This document shows, one piece after another, positions 10,101 through 21,930 of a stretch of 64,000 bases of DNA. How positions within the stretch are numbered: the stretch's first letter is position 1; each line of letters begins with the position of its first letter. The notes beneath the pieces were generated by a model. It did not search any database. It was given only the letters and a program-made list of their open reading frames with translations, and was not told the DNA's origin. This stretch comes from a virus (lineage: Duplodnaviria > Heunggongvirae > Uroviricota > Caudoviricetes), in the IMG/VR virus record IMGVR_UViG_2687453522_000001. One strand, written 5' to 3'. Both the position numbers and the translations under genes were made by a program.

Positions 10101-10885
10101 CCGTTTGCGTCAAAAGTACCGGTAGGCAAGCGGTGGGCACCAAGAAATTCAGCTTTCCGTGATAGGCGCAGGCGTAACCGCTTCATGTTTGAACCTGAAA
10201 CAATGGACGGCGGCACAATCACGCACATGAATCCGCCTGGCTTTATCTTGTCCAGCATGCGGAGCATGAAGTAAGAACCCATGTCCGTTTCTTCTGCGTA
10301 AGGCTTATCGATGTTGCGTGTGTTATCACGACCGCCGAACGGAACGTTACCCACAACATGGTCGAATGAATCGTTAGGCGTGCTTATAGCCAGCTGTTCG
10401 AACGGGGAAATCTGTACGCTGTCTTCCGGGTGTAACAACTGGTTTATACGACCGGAAACACTGCTGATCTCAGTCGCGGTCATCACCGTACCAACCGGTT
10501 TTGTCTCATTAAAAACGCCGGTTCCCGCCGATGGTTCCAGAGTGTTACCTACGTCCGCGCCGTAGAGCTTCATGATCTCCCAGACACCTTCAGCGATCGG
10601 CTTTGGTGTGTAATATTCGGAGACGGACCCGCCAATGCCGCCTTCACCGGTGTACCCAGCCAGGATCTGGCGCTGTTCATCTGTCAGTGTCGCGCCGTCC
10701 ACCAGCGAATTAAGCAAATCAATCGCCTTCTGATTCGCCTCCCGGCGTAGTCGGTCATAGCTTTTGCCTTCCACCTTTTCCACGCCGTATCTAATCGGCG
10801 CTCGGTGAGATGTTATTGCCCTAATGTATTTCAATATTTCGCTGACACTTGAACAGCGAAACACCCCCATAGATAGCTTGTTCAT
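4118..10885 (-). CDS. darB: DarB, giant virion anti-restriction protein (N6-adenine MTase-like domain plus DExH helicase), 2255 aa
   Basis: Length identical to P1 DarB; MTase-like motif GNVPFGG near the N-terminus; helicase Walker A GFGTGLGKTT and DExH box IADEGHNYRN. Confidence 0.9.
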   Translation of the reverse strand: MNKLSMGVFRCSSVSEILKYIRAITSHRAPIRYGVEKVEGKSYDRLRREANQKAIDLLNSLVDGATLTDEQRQILAGYTGEGGIGGSVSEYYTPKPIAEGVWEIMKLYGADVGNTLEPSAGTGVFNETKPVGTVMTATEISSVSGRINQLLHPEDSVQISPFEQLAISTPNDSFDHVVGNVPFGGRDNTRNIDKPYAEETDMGSYFMLRMLDKIKPGGFMCVIVPPSIVSGSNMKRLRLRLSRKAEFLGAHRLPTGTFDANGTSTVVDVVLMRKHPAEMAEKIPLVDESTLESANVLWPTFISGKWFEKDGRRFVHGTQEKGFQGRIEVRADGQIDNQALKAKLIHRFESRIDWSLLDMAEPSLTADVVGEGEMRLINGVWQKYAGGRWIEADAGKELKIDAASYGADSWEALQRNLTTTEGRLGMTFTQMANVRDKYTTSISDDMVQLVDWINSQPEKYRERLYRGAMIGRMLIEYQDMKAAGHSAEQIEQQRLSLVSRLQAEIDRFGNPGRGPIAKLSGSGARAWFAFRGAIKLDGTISDELTGKLVTHDSSASYDSTSYQDTLRYLYSDLTRDPIQLDDFRLAFTGELPASDEELLNLLASTPGIAVSPYGGIVPFARATSGDINEIVAPKQEFLATLPDGPVKNNVLNQLAAIEEKRIKTPAENIRFKLNSRWFDRSVILEFLQENGYPDLRYVQSVQLEGDEMVSDTYHGGDGLFVGHRYGVVQRKDKETGEIRYEWDRKSGENATGFPAQLEKYLNGARIGGKDSATANGYREQMALLEDQFNKWIKTHDRYDELVAKYNDVFNSNIPYEHSGDPLGLKGLSGKRQPFDYQNSEVRRLSEDGRGILGFGTGLGKTTTALALEAFNYENGRSTRTAYVVPKSVLENWYYEAKEFLSEEAFSNYLFVGLDVLMDGDQIRQVPVLDENGKPVLGTDGTPVMRDALKLADEATITARMNAIPHSNYRAVVFTKEQYARIPLRDDTVDEHAQDMLYDFVAAGRVASAMDSDSHRKEAARRRVLSEYSDTGTEKAEKYPYFEDMGFDSVIADEGHNYRNSYKNGREASQLAYLPTSAVAQSARDMAIKNAYLMKKNGGRGPVLLTATPVVNTPIDAYNMLSHVLPKEYWQKMGIYGPDDFVKFFGKTRLETVQKISGEVEEKMALVGFENLDALRGIFHRWTTLKTAEDVKDTVEIPELDEHQQDAPLTEEQLAAYEELRQQAEAAAKANNGVTTSVNEDGVIEHEKARPIFSIIRDMDRVCTDMDLYYRRITYRFLPEYADAVQQLADSLPKQATSEDDDSDDSITQQSQYSLIDKGEFIQLQVPEAFEQEVNKRLAKFGIDEQTVTHPVTPKYAKLIATLKEFFPEGKQIIFTDEKTQHQKLKRIICNALNLEPSKVGILNAQTVAEAGKTGKKLKAVKPPKELPDEPTDAQIAKYNEQMALYDAYIAQQNEMSLGGLEKIAADFQEGRTPIIICNKKAEVGINLHRGTTDIHHLTLPWTPASIAQRNGRGARVGSNRASVRVHYYCGKGSFDEYRLKTLKRKAGWISDILRSDKSEMENADANDMIEMQMYTAKDDGERLAMMQVQMDKAKAAQRARQKEQATIDLQNYIKAQHAAGEDVEVLTAELERSKAELEKTTAEVAKFKQAVMAKAADNADWKARWGSVHHTDRTLLAQYRASLKSAIQRKANISQAISRYEKLLNRTQKAATDIKRLRPLVEDAINKGILDVDPDLVNHANEFLVIGDRSWRVGQYYDCAGDIVRIKSLDFDSQRADVEIIFTFKGTKSGNWDVKTLDKQVDVTPDEDAVMQKISGGVSIAGINDIISCDDFYRFQQRGMIKITDSYGVQTTESGYSIDFVGTYTDPLKHAVYPDRRDGALKSSIAKWVLGMMSEGNNRQIRSAETFLVELFGSNYGDVIASYGDTLSPEAIQEKIADAIAKMPEKTSQGATRNGDSELEVTNAIFGTHEFRASDYEITTAQFGTIGIYSNKAEIKQAMDSASARIAAEREANLIHAVAALTQSWVTAIREAATTGKITPAIADVVNDGSKFMDAYQMDAVQLPSAYGQLSYRMTYNLVSMFSDLAILGLVDLNEVTPELLSMRKNHVEILQRINTVLAGRTDEEKQADADRINLALGNITEEEIAARNEKQEELSSIQGDATSIAQSLGLNYRVSTADLKMMYAPKFAAGEVFGLQEASGMKGVLFRAKDAIKAKFGARWLPAKAKNSDFPGNWWIIETKHNVADVLAVIQQYA

Positions 10886-10951
10886 TGGTAATCCTTAACA
10901 AGTGACTAGTGTTAAATTCCGTTCAAACACGATGCGAATTATTCTAATTAA

Positions 10952-13682
<2,731 letters not shown>

Positions 13683-13693
13683 CCATCAAAAAT

Positions 13694-13715
13694 AACCCCG
13701 GCGGCTGCCGGGGTT
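13694..13715 (+). terminator. intrinsic terminator after pro
   Basis: AACCCCGGC-ggctg-CCGGGGTT hairpin followed by a T-containing tail. Confidence 0.45.
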
Positions 13716-13973
13716 CTCGTTAACTATTATCGCCTTCGTCTGCGTGCCATATATTTTCGCACCGCGCGACGTGGGCAATCTGAAGCGGTTTCTTTCTGCT
13801 GCATCAATCTTGCAGCCATGCTCAAAAATGTCAGGCACAGCCGAAGCCCGGCATATAATAGCGGTTCCAGTGGCCACGTCTCATTGAGCACATATACCGC
13901 CATGAAAATCGAGTCGAAAACTATCGCCGCCAGCGATAACTTCATTGTCGAAAGTCGGCGGAGCTGCCGGAGT

Positions 13974-14531
13974 TTATTCATTGACCAGTCCCGTCAGGCA
14001 AAGCTGGCGTTCTTTTTCACGGCGAATCTTTAAACCTCGCAGGGGCACGCCGTTACTGTTCACGAAATCAGGGAGATGGTTACACATATTCACCCATTCT
14101 CCTTTCTGCGCCCACTTGTGGATGGACGTTTCTACTCGCATGCCTCGCGCTTTGCTGTAGTAGGTCCGTAAACTATTGCATCCCATATTGAATGCCGCGC
14201 TTGTCATTGCGCTAAAGGCATTATCGGGCATGTCTTTGCCCCGGAAGTGCTGGTTAATACAGCGTTCAGCGATCAGGATATTCTTTTCCCAATCAGCGGC
14301 GATTTGCTGGTCGGTTTTTCGCACGCCCGGCGTTACCCCGTGTGTATTACCAATCCCGTCAGTCCATACACCCGCCGGGCACATGTATGGGTCACGTCGG
14401 CAACCTTCAGCGTTTCCGATAAGCTCAAGCCCCGCCTGGTTGGTTCGCACATTGCCATTACCCATCACGATGGTAATCATCACCGCGATAGCGCAAATTG
14501 CACCGCCTCCTGCGGCTGTTTTTCCCTTCAT
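13974..14531 (-). CDS. lyz: Lyz, SAR (signal-anchor-release) T4-lysozyme-family endolysin, 185 aa
   Basis: N-terminal Gly/Ala-rich weakly hydrophobic SAR segment (AAGGGAICAIAVMITIVMG) followed by a lysozyme-like domain; length equals P1 Lyz. Confidence 0.85.
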   Translation of the reverse strand: MKGKTAAGGGAICAIAVMITIVMGNGNVRTNQAGLELIGNAEGCRRDPYMCPAGVWTDGIGNTHGVTPGVRKTDQQIAADWEKNILIAERCINQHFRGKDMPDNAFSAMTSAAFNMGCNSLRTYYSKARGMRVETSIHKWAQKGEWVNMCNHLPDFVNSNGVPLRGLKIRREKERQLCLTGLVNE

Positions 14532-14663
14532 AAAGACCTCATAAGCGAATTTTTACGCTCCAGGACAAACACCCATTCACAGCCAATACCGACTGACTCG
14601 ATCCCTTTAGAAGACACAGGATAATGCAAATCACTTGTTAGCTACGTTTCAAAGATATACATT

Positions 14664-14680
14664 ATTGCTCTAATTAATTT
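14664..14680 (+). promoter_or_regulatory. C1 operator-like site (ATTGCTCTAATTAATTT) upstream of ssb
   Basis: 15/17 match to the operator consensus, 20 bp upstream of the ssb GTG start. Confidence 0.45.
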
Positions 14681-14699
14681 ATTTTATTAGGTAAGATAA

Positions 14700-15188
14700 G
14701 TGGCACAACGCGGTGTAAACAAAGTCATCCTGATTGGTACCCTGGGGCAAGACCCGGAGATCAGGTATATACCAAATGGCGGCGCGGTCGGAAGACTCAG
14801 CATCGCAACGAATGAATCATGGCGCGACAAGCAAACGGGCCAACAGAAAGAGCAAACAGAATGGCATAAAGTCGTTTTGTTCGGAAAACTTGCTGAAATT
14901 GCGAGTGAGTATTTACGAAAAGGTTCTCAGGTCTACATCGAAGGGAAACTTAAAACCCGTAAGTGGACAGATGACGCCGGTGTAGAACGTTACACGACGG
15001 AAATTATCGTCAGCCAGGGCGGCACCATGCAAATGATCGGCGCTCGCCGCGACGATTCACAGTCCTCAAATGGCTGGGGGCAGTCAAACCAACCTCAAAA
15101 CCACCAGCAATACAGCGGTGGTGGCAAACCTCAGAGCAGCGCCAATAACGAACCTCCAATGGACTTTGAAGACGATATTCCGTTTTAG
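14700..15188 (+). CDS. ssb: single-stranded DNA-binding protein
   Basis: Canonical SSB N-terminal OB fold ([18 protein letters not shown]...[12 protein letters not shown]), Gly/Gln-rich linker and acidic tail DFEDDIPF. Confidence 0.9.
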   Translation: MAQRGVNKVILIGTLGQDPEIRYIPNGGAVGRLSIATNESWRDKQTGQQKEQTEWHKVVLFGKLAEIASEYLRKGSQVYIEGKLKTRKWTDDAGVERYTTEIIVSQGGTMQMIGARRDDSQSSNGWGQSNQPQNHQQYSGGGKPQSSANNEPPMDFEDDIPF

Positions 15189-15390
15189 AGTTTATGAGTA
15201 AAAAACGACTGAAAGAAAAGCGGTGGTCCAAACGCCAACAAAAGCACGAACTCGCTAAAAAACGCCAAAGTTGGCAATGGAACGCGTTTTTAACGAACAG
15301 AACACCCCGAGATATTGCTTTCGCTGGTGGGAAAACATTCCTGACCCACCTGAAGGCGCAATACATCAGTTTTTAAGCAGAGAAAAGACT

Positions 15391-16179
15391 ATGGCAGCAC
15401 AAAATACTAAAACAATTCAATACCGCCTGCGTAATGGCCAGAGTGTCGAAGTGACCATCAATAATGATGGTGTACCTGGCGAAAAGGTTTCTATCTCCGA
15501 TCTGGCTATCGAAAAAACCATCATGTGCCACCTTGGCTTTACTGAAGAAGTGAGCAAAAAGCATGGTGTAGCAATCTGGAGCGCAATGGATACTGGTATG
15601 CGCAAATTCATTACTGCTCGTACCCCAGGGATGACCATGATGGACCTCATGCAGATTGCGCCGCTGTTTGAATGTGAGCCTTTAGATGTATTCAGCAATC
15701 CAGCTATCTGCCAGCAGTTATATGGTGAGATGAAACTCGCGGTTACCCCCATTGTGCTGCATGAAGGATCGCTTGCTGGCGTGTGGAAAGTGGAGCGTAT
15801 TTCAAGCTACATGCCTTTCCATGTCAACGGCGTAATCACTGGTGAAAATCAACCTGTTTCCGTTATAAAGTCAGACCTCAAGCGCGCAATTCTTGAAGCA
15901 AGTTGTCGAGTTGTCGGCCTGGGCAAACAGTCTTATGTTTCCTTCCCGGCTGGCCCTGAAGGCCCGGCAGAAATTCTGATTATGGATGCCGATCTGCTAT
16001 GGCAAATACAGTTTCTGATTGGCAAAAGCATCATCCGCGCTGAAGAACTCGATCAGTACATTACCTGCACGATGACGGATGAAGTCAAAAGTGTGGCTAT
16101 AGCCAATGCCCGGAACCTATGTCGTGCTGCATTAACAGAACTGCAAGAAAACACCACGGAAGAGGTGGAAAGTGATTAA
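15391..16179 (+). CDS. hypothetical protein
   Basis: Track ORF 15271..16179; probable start at MAAQNTKT; no recognisable motifs. Confidence 0.4.
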   Translation: MAAQNTKTIQYRLRNGQSVEVTINNDGVPGEKVSISDLAIEKTIMCHLGFTEEVSKKHGVAIWSAMDTGMRKFITARTPGMTMMDLMQIAPLFECEPLDVFSNPAICQQLYGEMKLAVTPIVLHEGSLAGVWKVERISSYMPFHVNGVITGENQPVSVIKSDLKRAILEASCRVVGLGKQSYVSFPAGPEGPAEILIMDADLLWQIQFLIGKSIIRAEELDQYITCTMTDEVKSVAIANARNLCRAALTELQENTTEEVESD

Positions 16180-17266
16180 TCGTATACAGAATGAATCTGC
16201 CTGGTTAGCACTGATAGAACGGTATAAAGACAATTGGGAACTGGCAGCAAAAGAGTTGCTTGATATTGAGTTAACACCTCATCAAGCAAAAATTATTAAC
16301 GCGATAAAGAACACCGGAGCCAAAGTCACTGCCACCACACCACATGGTATTGGGGAAACCTCTATTGTGGCAGTGATTAGCATCCTGCAAACAATACTGT
16401 ATTCGTGTTCCCGTACAGTGGTTGTTTCTCCTGCGATTAACGATAGTCGAAAAACAATAATTGACTATATGTTCCGTTATTGGGAGCGAGTTACCCAAAA
16501 ACACCCTTTTCTTGGCAATTATTTCAGAATACACCCTGACAAAGGGTTGGTGCATATCAGTGAAACATGGGGATGCGTCTATATAACCTATTGTCTGAAT
16601 AACGAAGAGTCTCTGGCTGGTTTTACTGGACCGCACGATCTTTTCATCGTTATTAACTCGGCGGAAATCAGCGATCGCGCTCATGCAGTGATAACTGGCA
16701 ATTTAACCAATTATGACTCGCGCCTGCTGTTGCTGTCGAAACCATCGGAACGCGAGAAAGGGTACTTTTATGATTCGCATCACCGGTTGGCCCATAGTAA
16801 AAACAATCCTGCTGGTTTTTTCACGGCGATAACTCTAAACACAGAGGATTCACCTCTCGTTTCTGAAGCATATCTTGAATTCAAAGCCAAAGAGTTTGGT
16901 GGGCGCAATAGCGATGAATATCGCCGATTGATCTTGGGGAAATTTCCCGGGATTCGGGAGTTGATGGAAAAGTCATCTGTTCCCCGTAATATGCACTTCA
17001 CAATGACTGACGGTAGTAAATGGGTAGTGCCTACGATCGTGATCGCCAAACACCATGCGAAACATCACGCTCAAAAACACAACTCCAGCACATTAGACTG
17101 GCTGAAGGCCTATACAATACCGTTATTCTCGGCAAACCATAACGCTATAGCTGAATGGGCTAAACAAATCCCCTGGCAGGATGTGGCTGAAGAGGCATTT
17201 GTCGAAAAACCACCAAGAGATTTGCACGAGCACTGTTGGCTGACATCAGAAAAAAGCTTCTCGTGA
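16172..17266 (+). CDS. hypothetical protein with a degenerate P-loop-like N-terminal region
   Basis: LTPHQAKIINAI...ATTPHGIGETS resembles a terminase/ATPase N-terminus but lacks the Walker A lysine; start overlaps the upstream ORF. Confidence 0.4.
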   Translation: MINRIQNESAWLALIERYKDNWELAAKELLDIELTPHQAKIINAIKNTGAKVTATTPHGIGETSIVAVISILQTILYSCSRTVVVSPAINDSRKTIIDYMFRYWERVTQKHPFLGNYFRIHPDKGLVHISETWGCVYITYCLNNEESLAGFTGPHDLFIVINSAEISDRAHAVITGNLTNYDSRLLLLSKPSEREKGYFYDSHHRLAHSKNNPAGFFTAITLNTEDSPLVSEAYLEFKAKEFGGRNSDEYRRLILGKFPGIRELMEKSSVPRNMHFTMTDGSKWVVPTIVIAKHHAKHHAQKHNSSTLDWLKAYTIPLFSANHNAIAEWAKQIPWQDVAEEAFVEKPPRDLHEHCWLTSEKSFS

Positions 17267-17271
17267 GGTAA

Positions 17272-17295
17272 AAATCCCGCCGATTGGCGGGATTT
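17272..17295. terminator. bidirectional terminator between convergent genes
   Basis: AAATCCCGCC-gatt-GGCGGGATTT perfect hairpin. Confidence 0.45.
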
Positions 17296-17297
17296 CT

Positions 17298-17606
17298 TCA
17301 ATATACGATCTGGTCTACATGATCACCAAAATCATCGTCGTCGTCCTCATCGCCACCATCTACTGCTGGCCAATCAACAAACCAGCCAGCGTAAAGATGC
17401 AGCGTTCGGAGAACATCACTTGCGGGAGCATCAAGGGTGTTAACGAATCCCATATAGCTATTGGGATTTGCCCCAGCTATGGCTTCAGCGATCATGTCCT
17501 CGGTAATGTCACCGGAGATAATGCTTAAACGCCCGGAAACTTCTTCATTATCATCAAATTCGATAATGGCATCTCCGCCTAATGGCGCTGCGATTTTAAT
17601 CTGCAT
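17298..17606 (-). CDS. hypothetical acidic protein, last gene of the dar operon
   Basis: 102 aa ending in an Asp-rich tail (DGGDEDDDDDFGD); start overlaps the ddrB-like stop. Confidence 0.4.
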   Translation of the reverse strand: MQIKIAAPLGGDAIIEFDDNEEVSGRLSIISGDITEDMIAEAIAGANPNSYMGFVNTLDAPASDVLRTLHLYAGWFVDWPAVDGGDEDDDDDFGDHVDQIVY

Positions 17607-20583
17607 TATTTAGCTCCTTTGCCACACCTAATAACAGTTCCAGCAATCCGTCACCATTCATCAGTGATGCGGCAGCGGCCTCTTTGTCATGATACAACTG
17701 AAGAGCCATAGAGAATACTTCCGTTGCTGACGTTTTGGAAATAGTCGGTGATTTCTGCCGAATTTTCCCGGTGTTACTTACTGAGGCTGGCGGGTATACC
17801 TTCGCCATATAAATATTACTCAATCGAGATCTGAAGCACCATTCAGGCTTGCCACGCCCACCGATATTGACGAAAGATGGCTTATCCCCTTCAACATTGG
17901 CCTTCAGGAATGACCGGGCTTTCTCTAACAAACCAGGGTTACTGTACTCAAGATGATGACCCAGCTCGTGCCACAGTGCACTTGCATTTTCATCGTTCAA
18001 ATTGACAGCAACAACACCATTTAGATTTGCATATGCCCTTCCCTGGTGGTGAACCACTTTTGATAAGGTCGATATTTTCCCGCCGGTCAGGCGATAAATA
18101 TCAGCAAGTTCCTTGCGCAGGTCTATCCCACCATTCTGTCCAGCGCGGGCTTCTTCCACTTCTTCCGTGATAAAAGAGTCGGCCCACTCAAGAGCTTTTT
18201 CTTCAGATACGGATGAGTTTGCGATCGCACTGTTCATGGCAGATAACACTTTCTCGTGGACCGAACCCATACTTCGCTGATTCATTTGCCAGCGTGTCTG
18301 CGGGTTGTATGAGAATCGCTTAAGTAGTTGGTCAAGCTGCTCAAGTTCTTCTTCACTGACATACTTTTTAGCCTCACCAATAATGCCAGGGAGAATATTG
18401 CCGTTAGGATTAAACGCTCGCGAAAGGAAGAGTTTCAGCGCCCCCATGCCCTCCGATGCTTCAATATCACCAATAACCCGGTTAACAATGGCCGCACTCT
18501 TCGGATTAGCATCCGCCAACGCCCTGGCTACAATTTGCAGGGACGATACGACCTCACGCTGCATATCAGTCCTGATCTCATCAATAAACTCTGGCGTTAT
18601 GCCGTGCTCTTTAAGGATATCCCTGCCTTCCGCCGTTACCCCATCGATATCACCGACATGTTTATTAACCTGACTTTGCAATGCCTTAAATGCCTTCAGA
18701 ATTCCACGGGCATCATCAGCTTTACTAACGGCCTTCCTGAATGCTGGCAAGAAGTCAGAGTTAACCTCATTTTGTTGATCGGCCCACTGAATGGAGGCTT
18801 CTTTCATCTCGTCCAGAGTCAGATCACCCAACGCGGTATGGTCTGTGAATATGAGCGACAACCTCTGAACCATTTCTGCCAATGGTGATGCCGAATGCGC
18901 CGCGCTAAGGAATGCTTTCACCCTGGTTGGGCGAATGGAAAACCAGTCAATAGCTGGTGGCATATCTCCGTTTTTTATCGCCTGCGCTATCTCGTCAAAG
19001 CCATCGCGCCCAAGGGAGGATGCGTGATTTAACAAGCCGCGAAGTAACGAATTGCTGATACCGAATAATCGGCACCATTTATTCACGTCGGCAACAGGCA
19101 TTCGAACAAAATGCGCAAGCACTTGTACAAGCTGTTCATCCTGGGGATCTGTACGGGAAAGCAGCCTGATCAGATGAATAATGTCTTTGATGCCGGATGC
19201 CCGATGTAATAGCAAGCTGGTATATGGAGCAACACCGTTGTAACTACCGCCGGAAACGGACTCGAAAAGACCGCCGGATATCCCTTGCATGCCTTCGTTT
19301 TCCAGTTCCTGAGACACCTGGCGAAGGATATCCTGTAACGACACATCACCACCGCCAAACATATCCCCCAGCGCCTGGCCCTGGTGCTGTAACTCATCAT
19401 TGATACGTTGAGCCATCAATTTAAAGGCGGTGGCCATACGCTTCGCGCTACGGTTATTCGCGACGATGAACAACGCGAGAGCTTTCACTTCCGGGGCTGT
19501 TTCGCTGAACATATCCCCCTGAGCAATAACATCGGTAATATGCTGGCCTGACTCCTTCGATTGCCTTACCAGGTCTACCGCATCTTTCAATGCCGCCAGC
19601 GCCTTTTTATCGAGGCTATCCGCTGTCTCAATGCCATCAACAATAGTTGTCACAGCCTGCTTGTGCGCTTCTCCTGATAAAGCCTGCATCTGGACAAAAT
19701 CATTGGCTGCCGCATTAAGCGCCGTCAGAACATTACGCATATCCGGATCAGGTTCTTCTGCAACCATCCTTACCAGGCGCGCATCCTTATATGCCTTGGC
19801 AAAGATCGCGTTTTGTATACGGTCAACAAGTTGCCGTGTTGGTCGCCCATCTTCCGTTACAAGGCCAGCAGCCTGTGTGGCACCAACTTGCGTCATGAAT
19901 CCGCGAATAAACGCGTCATTACTGCGGCTAAGCAGATCTCCGCTTTCTGACGGATTAAACAGCGCCATCATCGCCGGTGTTATGCTGTCGGCATCAACAA
20001 AAGCCTTTTCACTGGCTGCCATTTCCTGAAGATCAGAAATATTTGAGTCCTTGGCAAACTGAACGCGGTCAACCTTCGTTAACCGGCGGCGCACCAGTAC
20101 CGGAGCCGTCATTGATTCAACCTTTTCAGTACGTATGCCGAATTCGGTCGCATGTTCAATCAGGTACTCCCGATACCGATCCGCATTACCGTCCTGATAG
20201 GCTTTAATGATCCCCATGGTACGTCCATTACCTGACTCAACTGCATTGTCCTCACCAATTATCGGTGCGCCATGGCTGGATAATCCGGAATCGGTAAGCT
20301 GAGCAGGCCGCAAATCTTTGGATATCTGGTTAACCTGAAGAAGGCTGGATGCGCGGGTCCGGTCGCGCGGCTGAAGTTCCTGGGGATAGTCAGGATTAAT
20401 TTTCCCATCCAGAGTATTGGATACCAAAATAGCTGAGGCATCGACGATATCAAACGCTGTTTTTACCTCGTCTCCCTTCGCTGTCACCACATACGAAACC
20501 CGCCCATAATCGGGCAGGTTCTTTAGCAGCTCGATCAGCGTTTCTATGCTGGTGGCCATTACCACCTGATCGCTTAAGCTCAT
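17596..20583 (-). CDS. ddrB: DdrB-like large virion internal protein, 995 aa
   Basis: Size and position within the dar operon fit P1 ddrB; named on synteny. Confidence 0.5.
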   Translation of the reverse strand: MSLSDQVVMATSIETLIELLKNLPDYGRVSYVVTAKGDEVKTAFDIVDASAILVSNTLDGKINPDYPQELQPRDRTRASSLLQVNQISKDLRPAQLTDSGLSSHGAPIIGEDNAVESGNGRTMGIIKAYQDGNADRYREYLIEHATEFGIRTEKVESMTAPVLVRRRLTKVDRVQFAKDSNISDLQEMAASEKAFVDADSITPAMMALFNPSESGDLLSRSNDAFIRGFMTQVGATQAAGLVTEDGRPTRQLVDRIQNAIFAKAYKDARLVRMVAEEPDPDMRNVLTALNAAANDFVQMQALSGEAHKQAVTTIVDGIETADSLDKKALAALKDAVDLVRQSKESGQHITDVIAQGDMFSETAPEVKALALFIVANNRSAKRMATAFKLMAQRINDELQHQGQALGDMFGGGDVSLQDILRQVSQELENEGMQGISGGLFESVSGGSYNGVAPYTSLLLHRASGIKDIIHLIRLLSRTDPQDEQLVQVLAHFVRMPVADVNKWCRLFGISNSLLRGLLNHASSLGRDGFDEIAQAIKNGDMPPAIDWFSIRPTRVKAFLSAAHSASPLAEMVQRLSLIFTDHTALGDLTLDEMKEASIQWADQQNEVNSDFLPAFRKAVSKADDARGILKAFKALQSQVNKHVGDIDGVTAEGRDILKEHGITPEFIDEIRTDMQREVVSSLQIVARALADANPKSAAIVNRVIGDIEASEGMGALKLFLSRAFNPNGNILPGIIGEAKKYVSEEELEQLDQLLKRFSYNPQTRWQMNQRSMGSVHEKVLSAMNSAIANSSVSEEKALEWADSFITEEVEEARAGQNGGIDLRKELADIYRLTGGKISTLSKVVHHQGRAYANLNGVVAVNLNDENASALWHELGHHLEYSNPGLLEKARSFLKANVEGDKPSFVNIGGRGKPEWCFRSRLSNIYMAKVYPPASVSNTGKIRQKSPTISKTSATEVFSMALQLYHDKEAAAASLMNGDGLLELLLGVAKELNNAD

Positions 20584-20592
20584 CCCTGTTAC

Positions 20593-21930
20593 GCCTTATC
20601 CAATGTGCCGCCCCCTACGCTCCTCATAGTGGGGATATAAGGCACAGTTTTCCTCCCGGCTATTTTTGCTTAAAATAGTGACATGAAACAACAGGTGTCA
20701 TTCAAATTCCGGTTAAAACCAGATGGTCAACAGGAGCATCAAATGAGGCGCTTTGCCGGAGCTTGTCGTTTCGTTTTCAACCGTGCTCTGGCGCTTCAGA
20801 ATGAGAATCATGAGGCCGGTAAAAAATACATCCCTTACACGAAAATGGCTTCCTGGTTGGTTGAGTGGAAAAAAGACACTGAAACCGAATGGCTTAAAGA
20901 TTCTCCCTCACAGCCATTGCAACAGTCACTGAAAGACCTTGAGCGGGCTTACAAAAACTTCTTCCAGAATCGGGCAGCTTTTCCCCGATTCAAAAAGCGG
21001 GGACAGAATGATGCATTCCGCTACCCGCAGGGTGTTAAGCTCGATCAGGAAAACAGCCGTATTTTTCTGCCGAAACTTGGCTGGATGCGCTACCGGAATA
21101 GCCGTCAGGTCACGGGTATTGTGAAAAATGTTACTGTCAGCCAGTCCTGCGGTAAGTGGTACATCAGTATTCAGACAGAAAGAGAGGTATCCACTCCTGT
21201 TCACCCTTCAGCATCAATGGTCGGACTGGATGCTGGCGTGGCTAAACTCGCCACGCTGTCAGATGGCACAGTCTTTGAACCTGTAAATAGTTTTCAGAAA
21301 AACCAGAAGAAGCTGGCGAGACTTCAGCGACAGTTAAGCCGCAAGGTCAAATTCAGCAACAACTGGCAGAAGCAGAAACGCAAAATACAGCGACTGCATT
21401 CCCGTATCGCAAATATCCGCAGGGACTACCTTCACAAAGTCACAACGACCGTCAGCAAAAACCACGCAATGATTGTCATTGAGGATTTGAAGGTTAAATA
21501 CATGTCAAAGTCAGCGGCGGGAACGATAAGTCATCCGGGTCGCAATGTCCGGGCAAAATCAGGTTTAAACCGTTCGATACTGGATCAGGGCTGGTATGAA
21601 ATGCGCCGCCAGCTTGAGTACAAGCAGCTCTGGCGTGGCGGTCAGGTGCTTGCTGTTCCGCCAGCGTACACAAGCCAGCGTTGCGCGTGCTGTGGTCATA
21701 CAGCGAAAGAAAATCGCCTGTCACAAAGTAAATTCAGATGCCAGGTATGTGGATATACAGCGAACGCCGATGTAAACGGCGCTCGTAACATTTTAGCGGC
21801 GGGGCACGCCGTACTTGCCTGTGGAGGGATGGTGCAGTCAGGCCGCCCGTTGAAGCAGGAACCCACCGAAATGATTCAGGCGACAGCCTGAACGTAGCAG
21901 GAATCCACGCCCTTCGGGGCGTGGAGGATG
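20593..21930 (+). mobile_element. IS200/IS605-family tnpB-only insertion sequence (IS1341-like)
   Basis: Inserted right after a TTAC tetranucleotide (20589-20592); tnpB ORF; 3' end carries a perfect hairpin CCACGCCC-ttcg-GGGCGTGG (21905-21924) typical of IS605 right ends / omega-RNA region; no tnpA. Exact ends not determinable without comparison. Confidence 0.6.
20683..21891 (+). CDS. tnpB: TnpB (OMEGA RNA-guided nuclease), 402 aa
   Basis: RuvC-like motifs ([25 protein letters not shown]) and C-terminal CxxC...CxxC zinc finger (CACCGH...CQVCGY). Confidence 0.85.
   Translation: MKQQVSFKFRLKPDGQQEHQMRRFAGACRFVFNRALALQNENHEAGKKYIPYTKMASWLVEWKKDTETEWLKDSPSQPLQQSLKDLERAYKNFFQNRAAFPRFKKRGQNDAFRYPQGVKLDQENSRIFLPKLGWMRYRNSRQVTGIVKNVTVSQSCGKWYISIQTEREVSTPVHPSASMVGLDAGVAKLATLSDGTVFEPVNSFQKNQKKLARLQRQLSRKVKFSNNWQKQKRKIQRLHSRIANIRRDYLHKVTTTVSKNHAMIVIEDLKVKYMSKSAAGTISHPGRNVRAKSGLNRSILDQGWYEMRRQLEYKQLWRGGQVLAVPPAYTSQRCACCGHTAKENRLSQSKFRCQVCGYTANADVNGARNILAAGHAVLACGGMVQSGRPLKQEPTEMIQATA

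Noticed and set aside
1320-10885. Type III restriction-modification genes (EcoP1I res/mod) and IS1 expected at this P1 locus
   Set aside because: No ORF with Mod-like MTase or Res helicase/endonuclease motifs exists between ref and lxc; only the SIR2-like gene and one 213-aa gene are present.
15194-15376. 60-aa highly basic ORF between ssb and the next gene
   Set aside because: Lys/Arg-rich low-complexity ORF overlapping the probable leader of the downstream gene; no ribosome-binding site; likely spurious.
18305-20029. Antisense ORFs within ddrB (18328-18888, 19631-20029) and within other long genes such as sit and darA
   Set aside because: Fully contained within the opposite-strand genes; low-complexity composition; no independent signals.
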